A program made the translations under genes and the position numbers. Below are positions 9,170-17,068 of a stretch of DNA of 64,000 nucleotides, piece after piece; within the stretch, counting starts at the first letter, position 1; every line of letters starts with the position of its first letter. The notes beneath the pieces are model-generated. The model was not told where the DNA came from. It saw only the letters and a program-made list of their open reading frames with translations, and ran no database searches. Location of the stretch: contig DJHK01000015.1 in assembly GCA_002433065.1 (NCBI GenBank), forward strand, positions 3,784 to 67,783, in the 5' to 3' direction. This DNA comes from Chloroflexi bacterium UBA6622 (lineage in GTDB: Bacteria > Chloroflexota > UBA11872).

Positions 9170-10386
9170 GAACGACCTGACAGAACCGCCTCATAACGAG
9201 CAAGTGTTCGTTCGATCTGCTGGTCTATTGAGAAGGTGTTGGTTGCGGTCCGACGACCGGCTTCACCCATGCACGAGGCATAAGAAAGATCTCCAGTCAC
9301 AAGATCCAGACGGTCCGCAAGAGCCGCAATATCAGTCGGATCAACGACATAACCGGTACATCCATCGTCTACAAGTTCCGGTCCAGCCCCCAGACTAGAC
9401 GCAATCACCGGCCGACCAGCCGCCATCGATTCAATCAAGGTCAAGTTGAACGGATCAGGATATGTTGACGGAGCCAGAGTGACGGTCGCTGCCGCATAGG
9501 CATCTCGCATCTCGTCAACATCAAGCCAGCCAGGTAGCAACAATCGGTCGCCCACGCCCAAGCTTTCCGCCATATCCCTGAGACGAGGTGCATATCGTGG
9601 GTTTTCCCCGGCAATCATCAGTCGGATATCCGAATTCCTAGAACGGGCGAGGGCCTGGAGAGCCGCCTCGGCACCCTTCTCACGGGAAACCCTTGCTGCA
9701 AGGAAAGCTAAGGGAGCATCACCAAGATCATGAGCCGATCGAAAAACAGTCCCATTGCCACGCCCCCACCAATCGAGATCGACACCGTTATGCACAACCT
9801 CGGAATCCCCATAACCATTGGCCCGAAGTGCCACTTGCAACGTTTCGCTTATCGCAAAAAGATGATCGACATTGGTCGTCATGTGTTTGCGAATAACTTC
9901 GTTCCGAGCCGGGTTCCAACGGAAGCGCTGACACTTGGCGCAGTTAAACCAACGTTGACGAAAATCGACCGATCCGTTCGTACATATGAACTTGATACAA
10001 CAAAACAGCAGGTAATCATGTGCCGTATACAGAACAGGTGCACCAGTCCTCGCCGCAATACCTAGCGTCGCAAACGAAAGGTGCTGATGCACATTGTGAG
10101 CGTGAACAACATCTGGACTGAATTCCTGCAACGCGGATCTGACACCCCCCGCAACCATTGGATTGAACATCGCGACAGTATTCCGAAACCGTTCCGGATA
10201 CCAGGAACGTAGCCGGTGAACCGTAACGCCTTCCTGAACTCCAACACGTGCAACATCCGACGTTGTTGCGATTACCTGAACGTCATGACCGGCAGCCACA
10301 AAACTTGTCGCTAAACGCTCAACGACAACACCAGCACCACCCCGATTTTCGGGCGGATAGGTATCAGCCAAAAAGGCGATGCGCAT
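9166..10386 (-). CDS. Glycosyltransferase family 4
   Basis: MRIAFLADTYPPENRGGAGV N-terminus and PFNLTLIESMAAGRPVIASSLGAGPELVDDGCTGYVV. It has a Cys-rich insert (CCIKFICTNG..CAKC). There is a 4-nt overlap with the downstream gene. Confidence 0.8.
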   Translation of the reverse strand: MRIAFLADTYPPENRGGAGVVVERLATSFVAAGHDVQVIATTSDVARVGVQEGVTVHRLRSWYPERFRNTVAMFNPMVAGGVRSALQEFSPDVVHAHNVHQHLSFATLGIAARTGAPVLYTAHDYLLFCCIKFICTNGSVDFRQRWFNCAKCQRFRWNPARNEVIRKHMTTNVDHLFAISETLQVALRANGYGDSEVVHNGVDLDWWGRGNGTVFRSAHDLGDAPLAFLAARVSREKGAEAALQALARSRNSDIRLMIAGENPRYAPRLRDMAESLGVGDRLLLPGWLDVDEMRDAYAAATVTLAPSTYPDPFNLTLIESMAAGRPVIASSLGAGPELVDDGCTGYVVDPTDIAALADRLDLVTGDLSYASCMGEAGRRTATNTFSIDQQIERTLARYEAVLSGRS

Positions 10387-10416
10387 AAGAACTTTGCCTA
10401 AAGAACCCTGGTCATT

Positions 10417-11487
10417 TTAGTCGCTATATGCCGAAAGACAGCGTGCAGCCACACCATCCCATGTAAATTGCCTGACGACGTGATCCCGAGCCAACGCTCC
10501 CTCACGAAGAGCCTGGTCAACAGAAGCTGTCAGTGGTTGAAGTGCTCGGCGAATGTCTCCAGCATCTCCTGGTCTGACAATCGCTCCGGCATCCGTGGGC
10601 ATAATCTCAGGCATGCCAGCAACGTTTGAAACAACCGCTGCGGTCCCACATGCCATAGCCTCGATAGGAGCAAGGCCAACAAGCTCTGGCAAGGCCTGAT
10701 GGCGCCCACGATAGTCCTCGTAAACCGAAGGCATGACAAAAGCGCACGCAGAGGCCAGAGCTTGTATTACCCGTTGGTCAGAAGCTTGCGTATGAAACGT
10801 TACCGGACGAGAAGCAGCCTCTGTCTCGAGAAATCTCAGGTAATCAGCGTCATAGGGTCGCCCATAAATTTCAAGCGAGGCCCCCGACGGAAGCCCACGG
10901 ATCGCAAATTCAATCCCCTTATGAGGAAGCAATCGACCCACATACACCACACGCCCCTCAACTTTTTCAGAACCCGGCACATATTTCGTGTGATCAACAC
11001 CAGCGAAAACAACCTCGGTTCGCTTGCCCAGTTTTGGGAGAGTCTGACCCGCAAAGGCGCTCTGCGCCAACTGCGCATCCACCCAACGCCCAATCCGAAG
11101 CCTTCGAATCCAATTGACACCGCCACCGCCGTGATCGGTCACATATATCTTCTTGCGCAATATCCGTCCTGCAAGGGTCGCCATCGCCGTCAACCCGCTG
11201 CGTGCTTGGTGGCAATGGACAACGTCAGCCCACACCAGTGGCGTCATGAAGCCCGGGCCCACCGCATCACCCTTTCGTCCACGTAAACGACGCCATGTGC
11301 GACGCACTTCAATATCAAATCCGTCCACACACTCCAAGCTTTCTCGTGGCCCAAAAGAGACCAGGCGGGTCGGGGTCTTTCGCGACATCGCCCGGGCCAA
11401 CTCGAGTGGGTATCGCTCTCCCCCACCACGCACGGACGCATCGCCGAACCACGTTGGTGACAAGTGAAGTACGCGTAAACTCATCAC
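10417..11487 (-). CDS. Glycosyltransferase family 4
   Basis: LRVLHLSPTWFGDASVRGGGERY N-terminus and LAPIEAMACGTAAVVSNVAGMPEIM. Confidence 0.78.
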   Translation of the reverse strand: MMSLRVLHLSPTWFGDASVRGGGERYPLELARAMSRKTPTRLVSFGPRESLECVDGFDIEVRRTWRRLRGRKGDAVGPGFMTPLVWADVVHCHQARSGLTAMATLAGRILRKKIYVTDHGGGGVNWIRRLRIGRWVDAQLAQSAFAGQTLPKLGKRTEVVFAGVDHTKYVPGSEKVEGRVVYVGRLLPHKGIEFAIRGLPSGASLEIYGRPYDADYLRFLETEAASRPVTFHTQASDQRVIQALASACAFVMPSVYEDYRGRHQALPELVGLAPIEAMACGTAAVVSNVAGMPEIMPTDAGAIVRPGDAGDIRRALQPLTASVDQALREGALARDHVVRQFTWDGVAARCLSAYSD

Positions 11488-12242
11488 AATCGACGCTGAG
11501 CCACGATCAAGTAGCCCCCGGGGTCATCCACCGGGCGTTTGAATGAGCGCCAAAGCAAGCCCGACCACAGGGCAATCCACAGAGCGTCCGGAATGAGCCC
11601 CCGTCGTCGCAGACCACGGATCCAATCCAGAACCCGCCGGCCCCGAAATCGACGCACCATCAACGTGTCCAAACTCAGCCATACCCGCTGGGTTGCTGCT
11701 GGCAAATGCCCACGGACCATGACCACATCGAGCCCAACGTTGTCCAAACATTCCGTCCATTCATCAATAGATCTGTAGTGATAATGACCAAGACGGCGAT
11801 TCACCATTTCAAGGGTTTCATTGCCGTGCTCACGCATAATTCTTGAAGCAAATGCAGGGGCAGGAACCGTAAACACGAAACGCCCCCCGGGACGAAGAAC
11901 CCGGGCAACCTCACGAATTGCGCCTAGATCGTCAGGAATATGCTCAAGGACACTATGGCTGTAGACAGCTCCATACACATCCGACGTCACCGGAGCCTGG
12001 ACCCCGCTACCCTGCATCACATAACGGTAGGTATCCGAAGTGCTTGCTACCCGAGCTTCCGCAGCAACTAATTCGAGCCCATCGATCGGCCAATGCGAAC
12101 GAAGCACAGATCGAGCAACTTCTCCGTTACCACAGCCAAAATCCAGCACAGGACTCGGAAAATCCAAGTCACGGAGCATGATGAACTCAGTTGCTCGCCA
12201 TAGGCCAATGGCGGGTTGGTGAAGATGAGCACGCAACGCCAT
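11484..12242 (-). CDS. Class I SAM-dependent methyltransferase
   Basis: VLDFGCGNGEVA (motif I), VYSHSVLEHIPD and VLRPGGRFVFTVP. The ORF-track start 12410 overlaps the upstream gene by 119 nt. ATG 12242 (MALRAHLHQ) is non-overlapping and preferred, but the start is uncertain. Confidence 0.75.
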   Translation of the reverse strand: MALRAHLHQPAIGLWRATEFIMLRDLDFPSPVLDFGCGNGEVARSVLRSHWPIDGLELVAAEARVASTSDTYRYVMQGSGVQAPVTSDVYGAVYSHSVLEHIPDDLGAIREVARVLRPGGRFVFTVPAPAFASRIMREHGNETLEMVNRRLGHYHYRSIDEWTECLDNVGLDVVMVRGHLPAATQRVWLSLDTLMVRRFRGRRVLDWIRGLRRRGLIPDALWIALWSGLLWRSFKRPVDDPGGYLIVAQRRL

Positions 12243-12291
12243 TCTGAGAATTTCAAGATCGCTATGAGCGACCAGAGCCGTAGGGAAATTC

Positions 12292-13344
12292 TTATTGCTT
12301 CCCAAGAGCCGCCTCGACCAGTTGCCGCATACGTACTTCATACGTGTGGTCACTTTCGACACGACGCCGTCCGGCCACAGCAATGTCATGTCGAGCTTGC
12401 GAGTCACCAAGATATCGATTAATCAACGTAAGCAGGTCGTCGGTGCCCTTATACACCGCCAGTTCTGTTCCAATATCAAATAAATCCGCCATGCAAGATT
12501 TATAGTCAGTAAGTTGAAATGCCCCAGCTAAAGGAATCTCGAAGGTTCGCATATTGGGAGCTTCTCGCATTTGGGCGTGGTGAACATTCAAAGCAATCTT
12601 GGCTCCCCGATACGCCCGGGCAACCGCAGGCGCTGGCAAGAGCGTGAGACCACGATGCACCGACCCCACCTTGTAGCTCGACTCAAGCTTCTCCCAACCA
12701 CGACCCCATACCGCAAGCGATACATCAGCCTGCGCAATCGCCTCAACAATATCGACACGATACCTATCCTCGGGCAGATGACCCATGTTGTGACGGGCAT
12801 CGCCAACAAAAATGATATCGACGGTATCGCTACCAACATCATCACCGACCCACATCGACGGATCTGCCGCATGAGGCAAAAATTGAGCGGTTACGTTGCG
12901 GGCCTCAAGATCTTGAGCATAACTTGGATCGGCCAGAAAAAATCGATCATATAGATGCGCCGCGGCCACAATATTGGGAAACCAAGTTGGATCATCACCG
13001 CTCCAGTGCACCATGGGGCCATCGGTCATTTGACCAATCCGCTCGATCGTCTCAGGAAGCAACACTTCGCCCTTGAGCACTACCGTCAGTTCCGGACGAT
13101 GTTGAGCAGCCGCCTTGAGAACGTCCAGATTGTCGCGCCGCAACATACCAAGCACGCGTTCCATATGAAATCGATCTGAACCAACGATCCGTCGCCGCAA
13201 CCTAGCCCAGGGTCCAGCCGGTCGACCAAGACCGGCACTATAGCGATGCATCACCACGTCATGGCCAATACCGGCAAGTCCCCCAGCACAGTACTCAACC
13301 CATTGACCGGTATCCCAAGCAGGTCCGATTAGAAGGACACGCAT
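12292..13344 (-). CDS. CgeB-like glycosyltransferase-related protein (DUF3880 + Glyco_trans_1_2-like)
   Basis: MRVLLIGPAWD N-terminus. The C-terminal region NMRTFEIPLAGAFQLTDY..LF..GTELAVYKGTDDLLTLINRYLGD..RHDIAVAGRRRVESDHTYEVRMRQL matches the CgeB / spore-maturation GT pattern. Confidence 0.65.
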   Translation of the reverse strand: MRVLLIGPAWDTGQWVEYCAGGLAGIGHDVVMHRYSAGLGRPAGPWARLRRRIVGSDRFHMERVLGMLRRDNLDVLKAAAQHRPELTVVLKGEVLLPETIERIGQMTDGPMVHWSGDDPTWFPNIVAAAHLYDRFFLADPSYAQDLEARNVTAQFLPHAADPSMWVGDDVGSDTVDIIFVGDARHNMGHLPEDRYRVDIVEAIAQADVSLAVWGRGWEKLESSYKVGSVHRGLTLLPAPAVARAYRGAKIALNVHHAQMREAPNMRTFEIPLAGAFQLTDYKSCMADLFDIGTELAVYKGTDDLLTLINRYLGDSQARHDIAVAGRRRVESDHTYEVRMRQLVEAALGKQ

Positions 13345-14486
13345 GCGCGCTCGATTGCTCCCCATACATTGTGGGCTGCGGCCTTCCAGGTGAAGGCTTC
13401 AGCCCGTTTTAGTCCACGACTAATCATGTCTGATCGAAGCTGCTGATCACCAGAAAGTCTAGCGATGGCACTGGAAATAGCATCGGGGTCCTCGGGGTTC
13501 ACAAGAAAACCAGCCTCACCTACCACCTCAGCCAAACCAGCATCGTCTGCGGCGATAACAGGCACACCCGACGCCATGGCCTCCAACGCCGGCATGCCAA
13601 ACCCTTCGTCACGAGCAACACTGATAAAAGCAGTGGCCCCGGCGATGAGCAGTGGAAGATCACCTTCAGCAACCCGACCAATCCACCGAACCACAGCAGG
13701 GTCAGCCTGCTCAATGGCGTCAATGGACGACTCGGACTTCCACCCACCAGCCCCCGCAATGACAAGCTGCATTCCTACCCCCTGAGACTGACTTCTGGTC
13801 ACGGCCTCAACGAGGGTAGGGATGTTCTTCCGAGGCTGGATCGTTCCAACAAAAATCACATAATCACTCTCGATGTGGTGTCTACGACGACACACCGCTA
13901 TCTCTTGGGCATCGTAATTTGGATGAAACCGTTTGGAATCGACGCCGTGGTGAGCCGTCAATATCTTGGTTGGTGAGATACCGTACCTCCGAGCAACATC
14001 CCGAGCCACGACGTCAGAAACAGCAACCACAATTGTTGCGGCGTGCACGTTAACGGCGGTCCACCGATCAAGTTCGGCAATCAACGCGCCATCAAAGTTT
14101 TCTTGTGCATCCGGATGAATAAAAGCCAGATCGTGAACGATGACGACCCGTGCACCAATCCCAAACGAAGGCGGAGGCTCATGAGCACTCTGGACGTAAA
14201 CGTCCCATCTACGTAGCAAACCCTGGATTGCTACTCGAAGCCGATACCACGGATCAGCTTCCAGGATTCCCCTGAGCACCCTGTTGCCTGCCGGAAACGG
14301 CCGAAGTACTCGAGCTCCATGGAGAAGATTTTCGGAACCCGCCAATCTAAGTGGAGCATCACATAAGTACTCCACCATATGGTCACCGGGGATCTTTGCC
14401 ATCTCCCGAACCAGTGCCCGCATACTCTCGCCATGACCATCCGGAATACCCAAATTGGCATTGCGTATATTCACAGCCACACGCAT
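13329..14486 (-). CDS. Glycosyltransferase family 4
   Basis: MRVAVNIRNANLG start (ATG 14486, 1 nt after the flippase stop) and DEGFGMPALEAMASGVPVIAADDAGLAEVVGEAGFLV. Confidence 0.8.
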   Translation of the reverse strand: MRVAVNIRNANLGIPDGHGESMRALVREMAKIPGDHMVEYLCDAPLRLAGSENLLHGARVLRPFPAGNRVLRGILEADPWYRLRVAIQGLLRRWDVYVQSAHEPPPSFGIGARVVIVHDLAFIHPDAQENFDGALIAELDRWTAVNVHAATIVVAVSDVVARDVARRYGISPTKILTAHHGVDSKRFHPNYDAQEIAVCRRRHHIESDYVIFVGTIQPRKNIPTLVEAVTRSQSQGVGMQLVIAGAGGWKSESSIDAIEQADPAVVRWIGRVAEGDLPLLIAGATAFISVARDEGFGMPALEAMASGVPVIAADDAGLAEVVGEAGFLVNPEDPDAISSAIARLSGDQQLRSDMISRGLKRAEAFTWKAAAHNVWGAIERACVSF

Positions 14487-14487
14487 A

Positions 14488-15951
14488 TCAGCTTGACGCT
14501 CCCATACCATCTCGTCGTCGAAGCGCCCCAAGCTCTACCTGCAGTGCCCTGCGATCAATGACATACAGCACGCCGGCATAAACCGCAGCAACAACTAGAC
14601 ATCCCTGCACCAGCAATACCGCATCAGTAAGCAGTGGCAGTAATACAAATCTTCCAAAAACACCGGCCAGGACAGCAGCAACAAACGGCCGAACCATACG
14701 CCGAACCACACGCAACTCAAACTCCCGTCTTCCAATTGGGATAAGCACCATCGTGGCCGCAGCCTGAGAAGCAGCGAGTGCAATCGGAACAGACAGAAAC
14801 CCGACGCCTGCCGTCATAAGACCCACTGCCAACACCCACGCCCCGATTGCCCAGACCACGGCCACCGTAAGCACCACTCTCGTTTTTCCAATCGCAATAA
14901 GAATAGGCGTGATAAGACCATTAATTGGCACAAGCACCGAGTTAAGGACAAGAATGTAGAGAGCCGGAACCGCTGGTAACCACTGATCCCCGTAGATTAG
15001 GGTCGCGACTTCAGGACCAAACGCTATAAGCGCTGCGAATGCTGGCAACGTAACAATCGCATTCCACTTAAGCGTTAACTCTGCTCCCCGACGCACCTGT
15101 TCTGGATTATCTTGAATACGAGAAAATGCCGGGAGGCTGACACGAGCAACTAGTTGTGTCATGACAAGGGGCTGGGAAGAAACACGGTTCGCCCAGCTCA
15201 ATAATCCGGTCGCCGACGCGCCAAAGGCCCGTGGCGCAAACAAGGGAACTAGCGAATCCTTGATCGTTAGCGCAATCCGGGATCCCTGAAACTTGGCGCC
15301 GAAATTCACGTGGGAACGAAGCACCTTAAGGCGCATCGTCGGTATCGGCCACCAGGGTCGCGCCACAACAACAGCGAGCGTTGAAATAATGCTGGCACCG
15401 ACATGGGCAATCACGAGACTCCAGACCCCAGCCGCACCAATCGCGAAACCTATTCCCAGGCTGAAGTAGCAAAAACTTCCCAAAATATCAGCGGTCGCCA
15501 AACGGCCAAACTGCAGATGCCGTTCGAGTAACGCGGCTGGCACTACTCGAAACGCTGACAAAAATATTGACAATGCGAATACCCGAGTCATCCAAGGATC
15601 GATTGCAGCGTTCAAAATGCTATCGACAACAAGGGGGCCGCCTAGAAACAACAACAGCCCACCGATAATCACTAGCCCAAGTTGTCCTGTGAACACCGCG
15701 CGCAAATCCTGACTATTGGGTTCGGTTCCACGTTGAATAAGGCTTGGCTGTAAACCAAGATCGGCAAACTGTTTGACCAACCCTGCTAGAAATGCAATAG
15801 GCACAATAACGCCGAAGTCAGCAGGGGTAAGTAAGCGAAAGAGGGCAATGTTGCCTGCAAAAGCAACAAGTTTCATGCCACCCTCACGAAGGCCAAGGCT
15901 GACAACCCCACGTACCGCTTGTTGCCCCAAATCTCCGGATGGTCTACTCAT
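14488..15951 (-). CDS. Wzx-like oligosaccharide/polysaccharide flippase (MOP superfamily)
   Basis: A roughly 12-14 TM hydrophobic protein with a Polysacc_synt-type N-terminus (VRGVVSLGLREGGMKLVAFAGNIALFRLLTPADFG). Start ATG 15951 is preferred because it is non-overlapping. Confidence 0.75.
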   Translation of the reverse strand: MSRPSGDLGQQAVRGVVSLGLREGGMKLVAFAGNIALFRLLTPADFGVIVPIAFLAGLVKQFADLGLQPSLIQRGTEPNSQDLRAVFTGQLGLVIIGGLLLFLGGPLVVDSILNAAIDPWMTRVFALSIFLSAFRVVPAALLERHLQFGRLATADILGSFCYFSLGIGFAIGAAGVWSLVIAHVGASIISTLAVVVARPWWPIPTMRLKVLRSHVNFGAKFQGSRIALTIKDSLVPLFAPRAFGASATGLLSWANRVSSQPLVMTQLVARVSLPAFSRIQDNPEQVRRGAELTLKWNAIVTLPAFAALIAFGPEVATLIYGDQWLPAVPALYILVLNSVLVPINGLITPILIAIGKTRVVLTVAVVWAIGAWVLAVGLMTAGVGFLSVPIALAASQAAATMVLIPIGRREFELRVVRRMVRPFVAAVLAGVFGRFVLLPLLTDAVLLVQGCLVVAAVYAGVLYVIDRRALQVELGALRRRDGMGASS

Positions 15952-17068
15952 CAAGCCGATATCCAAGCGACCCGGCATATATATCGAGAAGTTGATCAAC
16001 GGACCTCCGCCACGTCATCGCGGCTACCCGACGACGTGCCCCCGCAGCTAGGACTTCCCATCGCGCATCGTCAGTCAGCAGCCCCCGAACCGCCCGCAGA
16101 AGTTCTCTCACATTGTCAGGTGCGACAAGAAGGCCATTCATATCGTGTACGACTGGTTCTTCCGCGCCGGAATCACGAGTACTTACCACAGGCGTTCCAC
16201 AAGCATTCGCTTCAAGCAATACCAAGCCGAAACCTTCAAAGTCGCTTTTCCACGACCGATACGGCATTACGACCAAACGGGCACGGTGGTACCACGCGGC
16301 AAGTTCTTCTTGACTAACCACCCCCGTGAAGGTGACTCGGCCCTGAAGATCCGGTGCATTAATCCGTGTCTGCAACTGTTGAACATACGGTGACGAAGAG
16401 TTGTAGGGCCCGACAATCACATATCGATCAGCGATACCTTCAGACCTAAGCGTCGCAAAAGCCTCCAACATTAAGTCGTATCCTTTGCGTGGCTTCGGTT
16501 CTCCAACAGACACGATTAACCCTGGCTCGCGAACGCGCGGCGTAGATTGGAAAAAATCCTCAGCTCTTACCGCAAGTGGCACCACAGAAGCCTGCGGTAC
16601 TCCGATGTCCGCCTCAATACGAGCTTTCGTGTATTGACTGATAGCCGGTAGACCTCGAGCTCGCCGTAATGCCCAGCCAAGGGCTGTCCCTTCAATCCGC
16701 GGACGACCTGACGGAAGCGCATATGTCCCAACCAGTGAAACAAAATACGGACGCTGACCAGCAGCCACAGCCACAACCGGAGCAAATGGCTCGATCATGC
16801 AATGAATCACATCTACTCCCCGAAGCGCTCGTACAAGAGGAACCAGCGTCCGAAAGAAAACTCGGACCGGATGGCGACTCCCATACTGGAACGAAGGAAT
16901 GCTCAAGTGATCGGGGTAAGAGTGAAGTTTAGGAATAGCAAGCCGATCCCGTGGGCTCACCAGTCGAACATCTACCCCTGAGGCAATTAGCTCATCAGCA
17001 ATTTCACCAGCGTACCGACCCCACCCGGTAGTGGGATCGAGCACATCACTGACCAGGGCCAACTTCAT
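15944..17068 (-). CDS. Glycosyltransferase family 4
   Basis: MKLALVSDVLDPTTGWGRYA N-terminus and DFEGFGLVLLEANACGTPVVSTRDSGAEEPV. Confidence 0.8.
   Translation of the reverse strand: MKLALVSDVLDPTTGWGRYAGEIADELIASGVDVRLVSPRDRLAIPKLHSYPDHLSIPSFQYGSRHPVRVFFRTLVPLVRALRGVDVIHCMIEPFAPVVAVAAGQRPYFVSLVGTYALPSGRPRIEGTALGWALRRARGLPAISQYTKARIEADIGVPQASVVPLAVRAEDFFQSTPRVREPGLIVSVGEPKPRKGYDLMLEAFATLRSEGIADRYVIVGPYNSSSPYVQQLQTRINAPDLQGRVTFTGVVSQEELAAWYHRARLVVMPYRSWKSDFEGFGLVLLEANACGTPVVSTRDSGAEEPVVHDMNGLLVAPDNVRELLRAVRGLLTDDARWEVLAAGARRRVAAMTWRRSVDQLLDIYAGSLGYRLDE

Noticed and set aside
10699-11286. 195-aa plus-strand ORF antisense to a GT4 gene. Similar long antisense ORFs lie at 21176-21676, 45289-45711, 46330-46827, 48474-48965 and 54212-54694.
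   Set aside because: Each lies entirely inside a confidently assigned gene on the other strand. Their composition is Arg/Ser/Pro-rich and low-complexity, typical of antisense frames, and they have no motifs.
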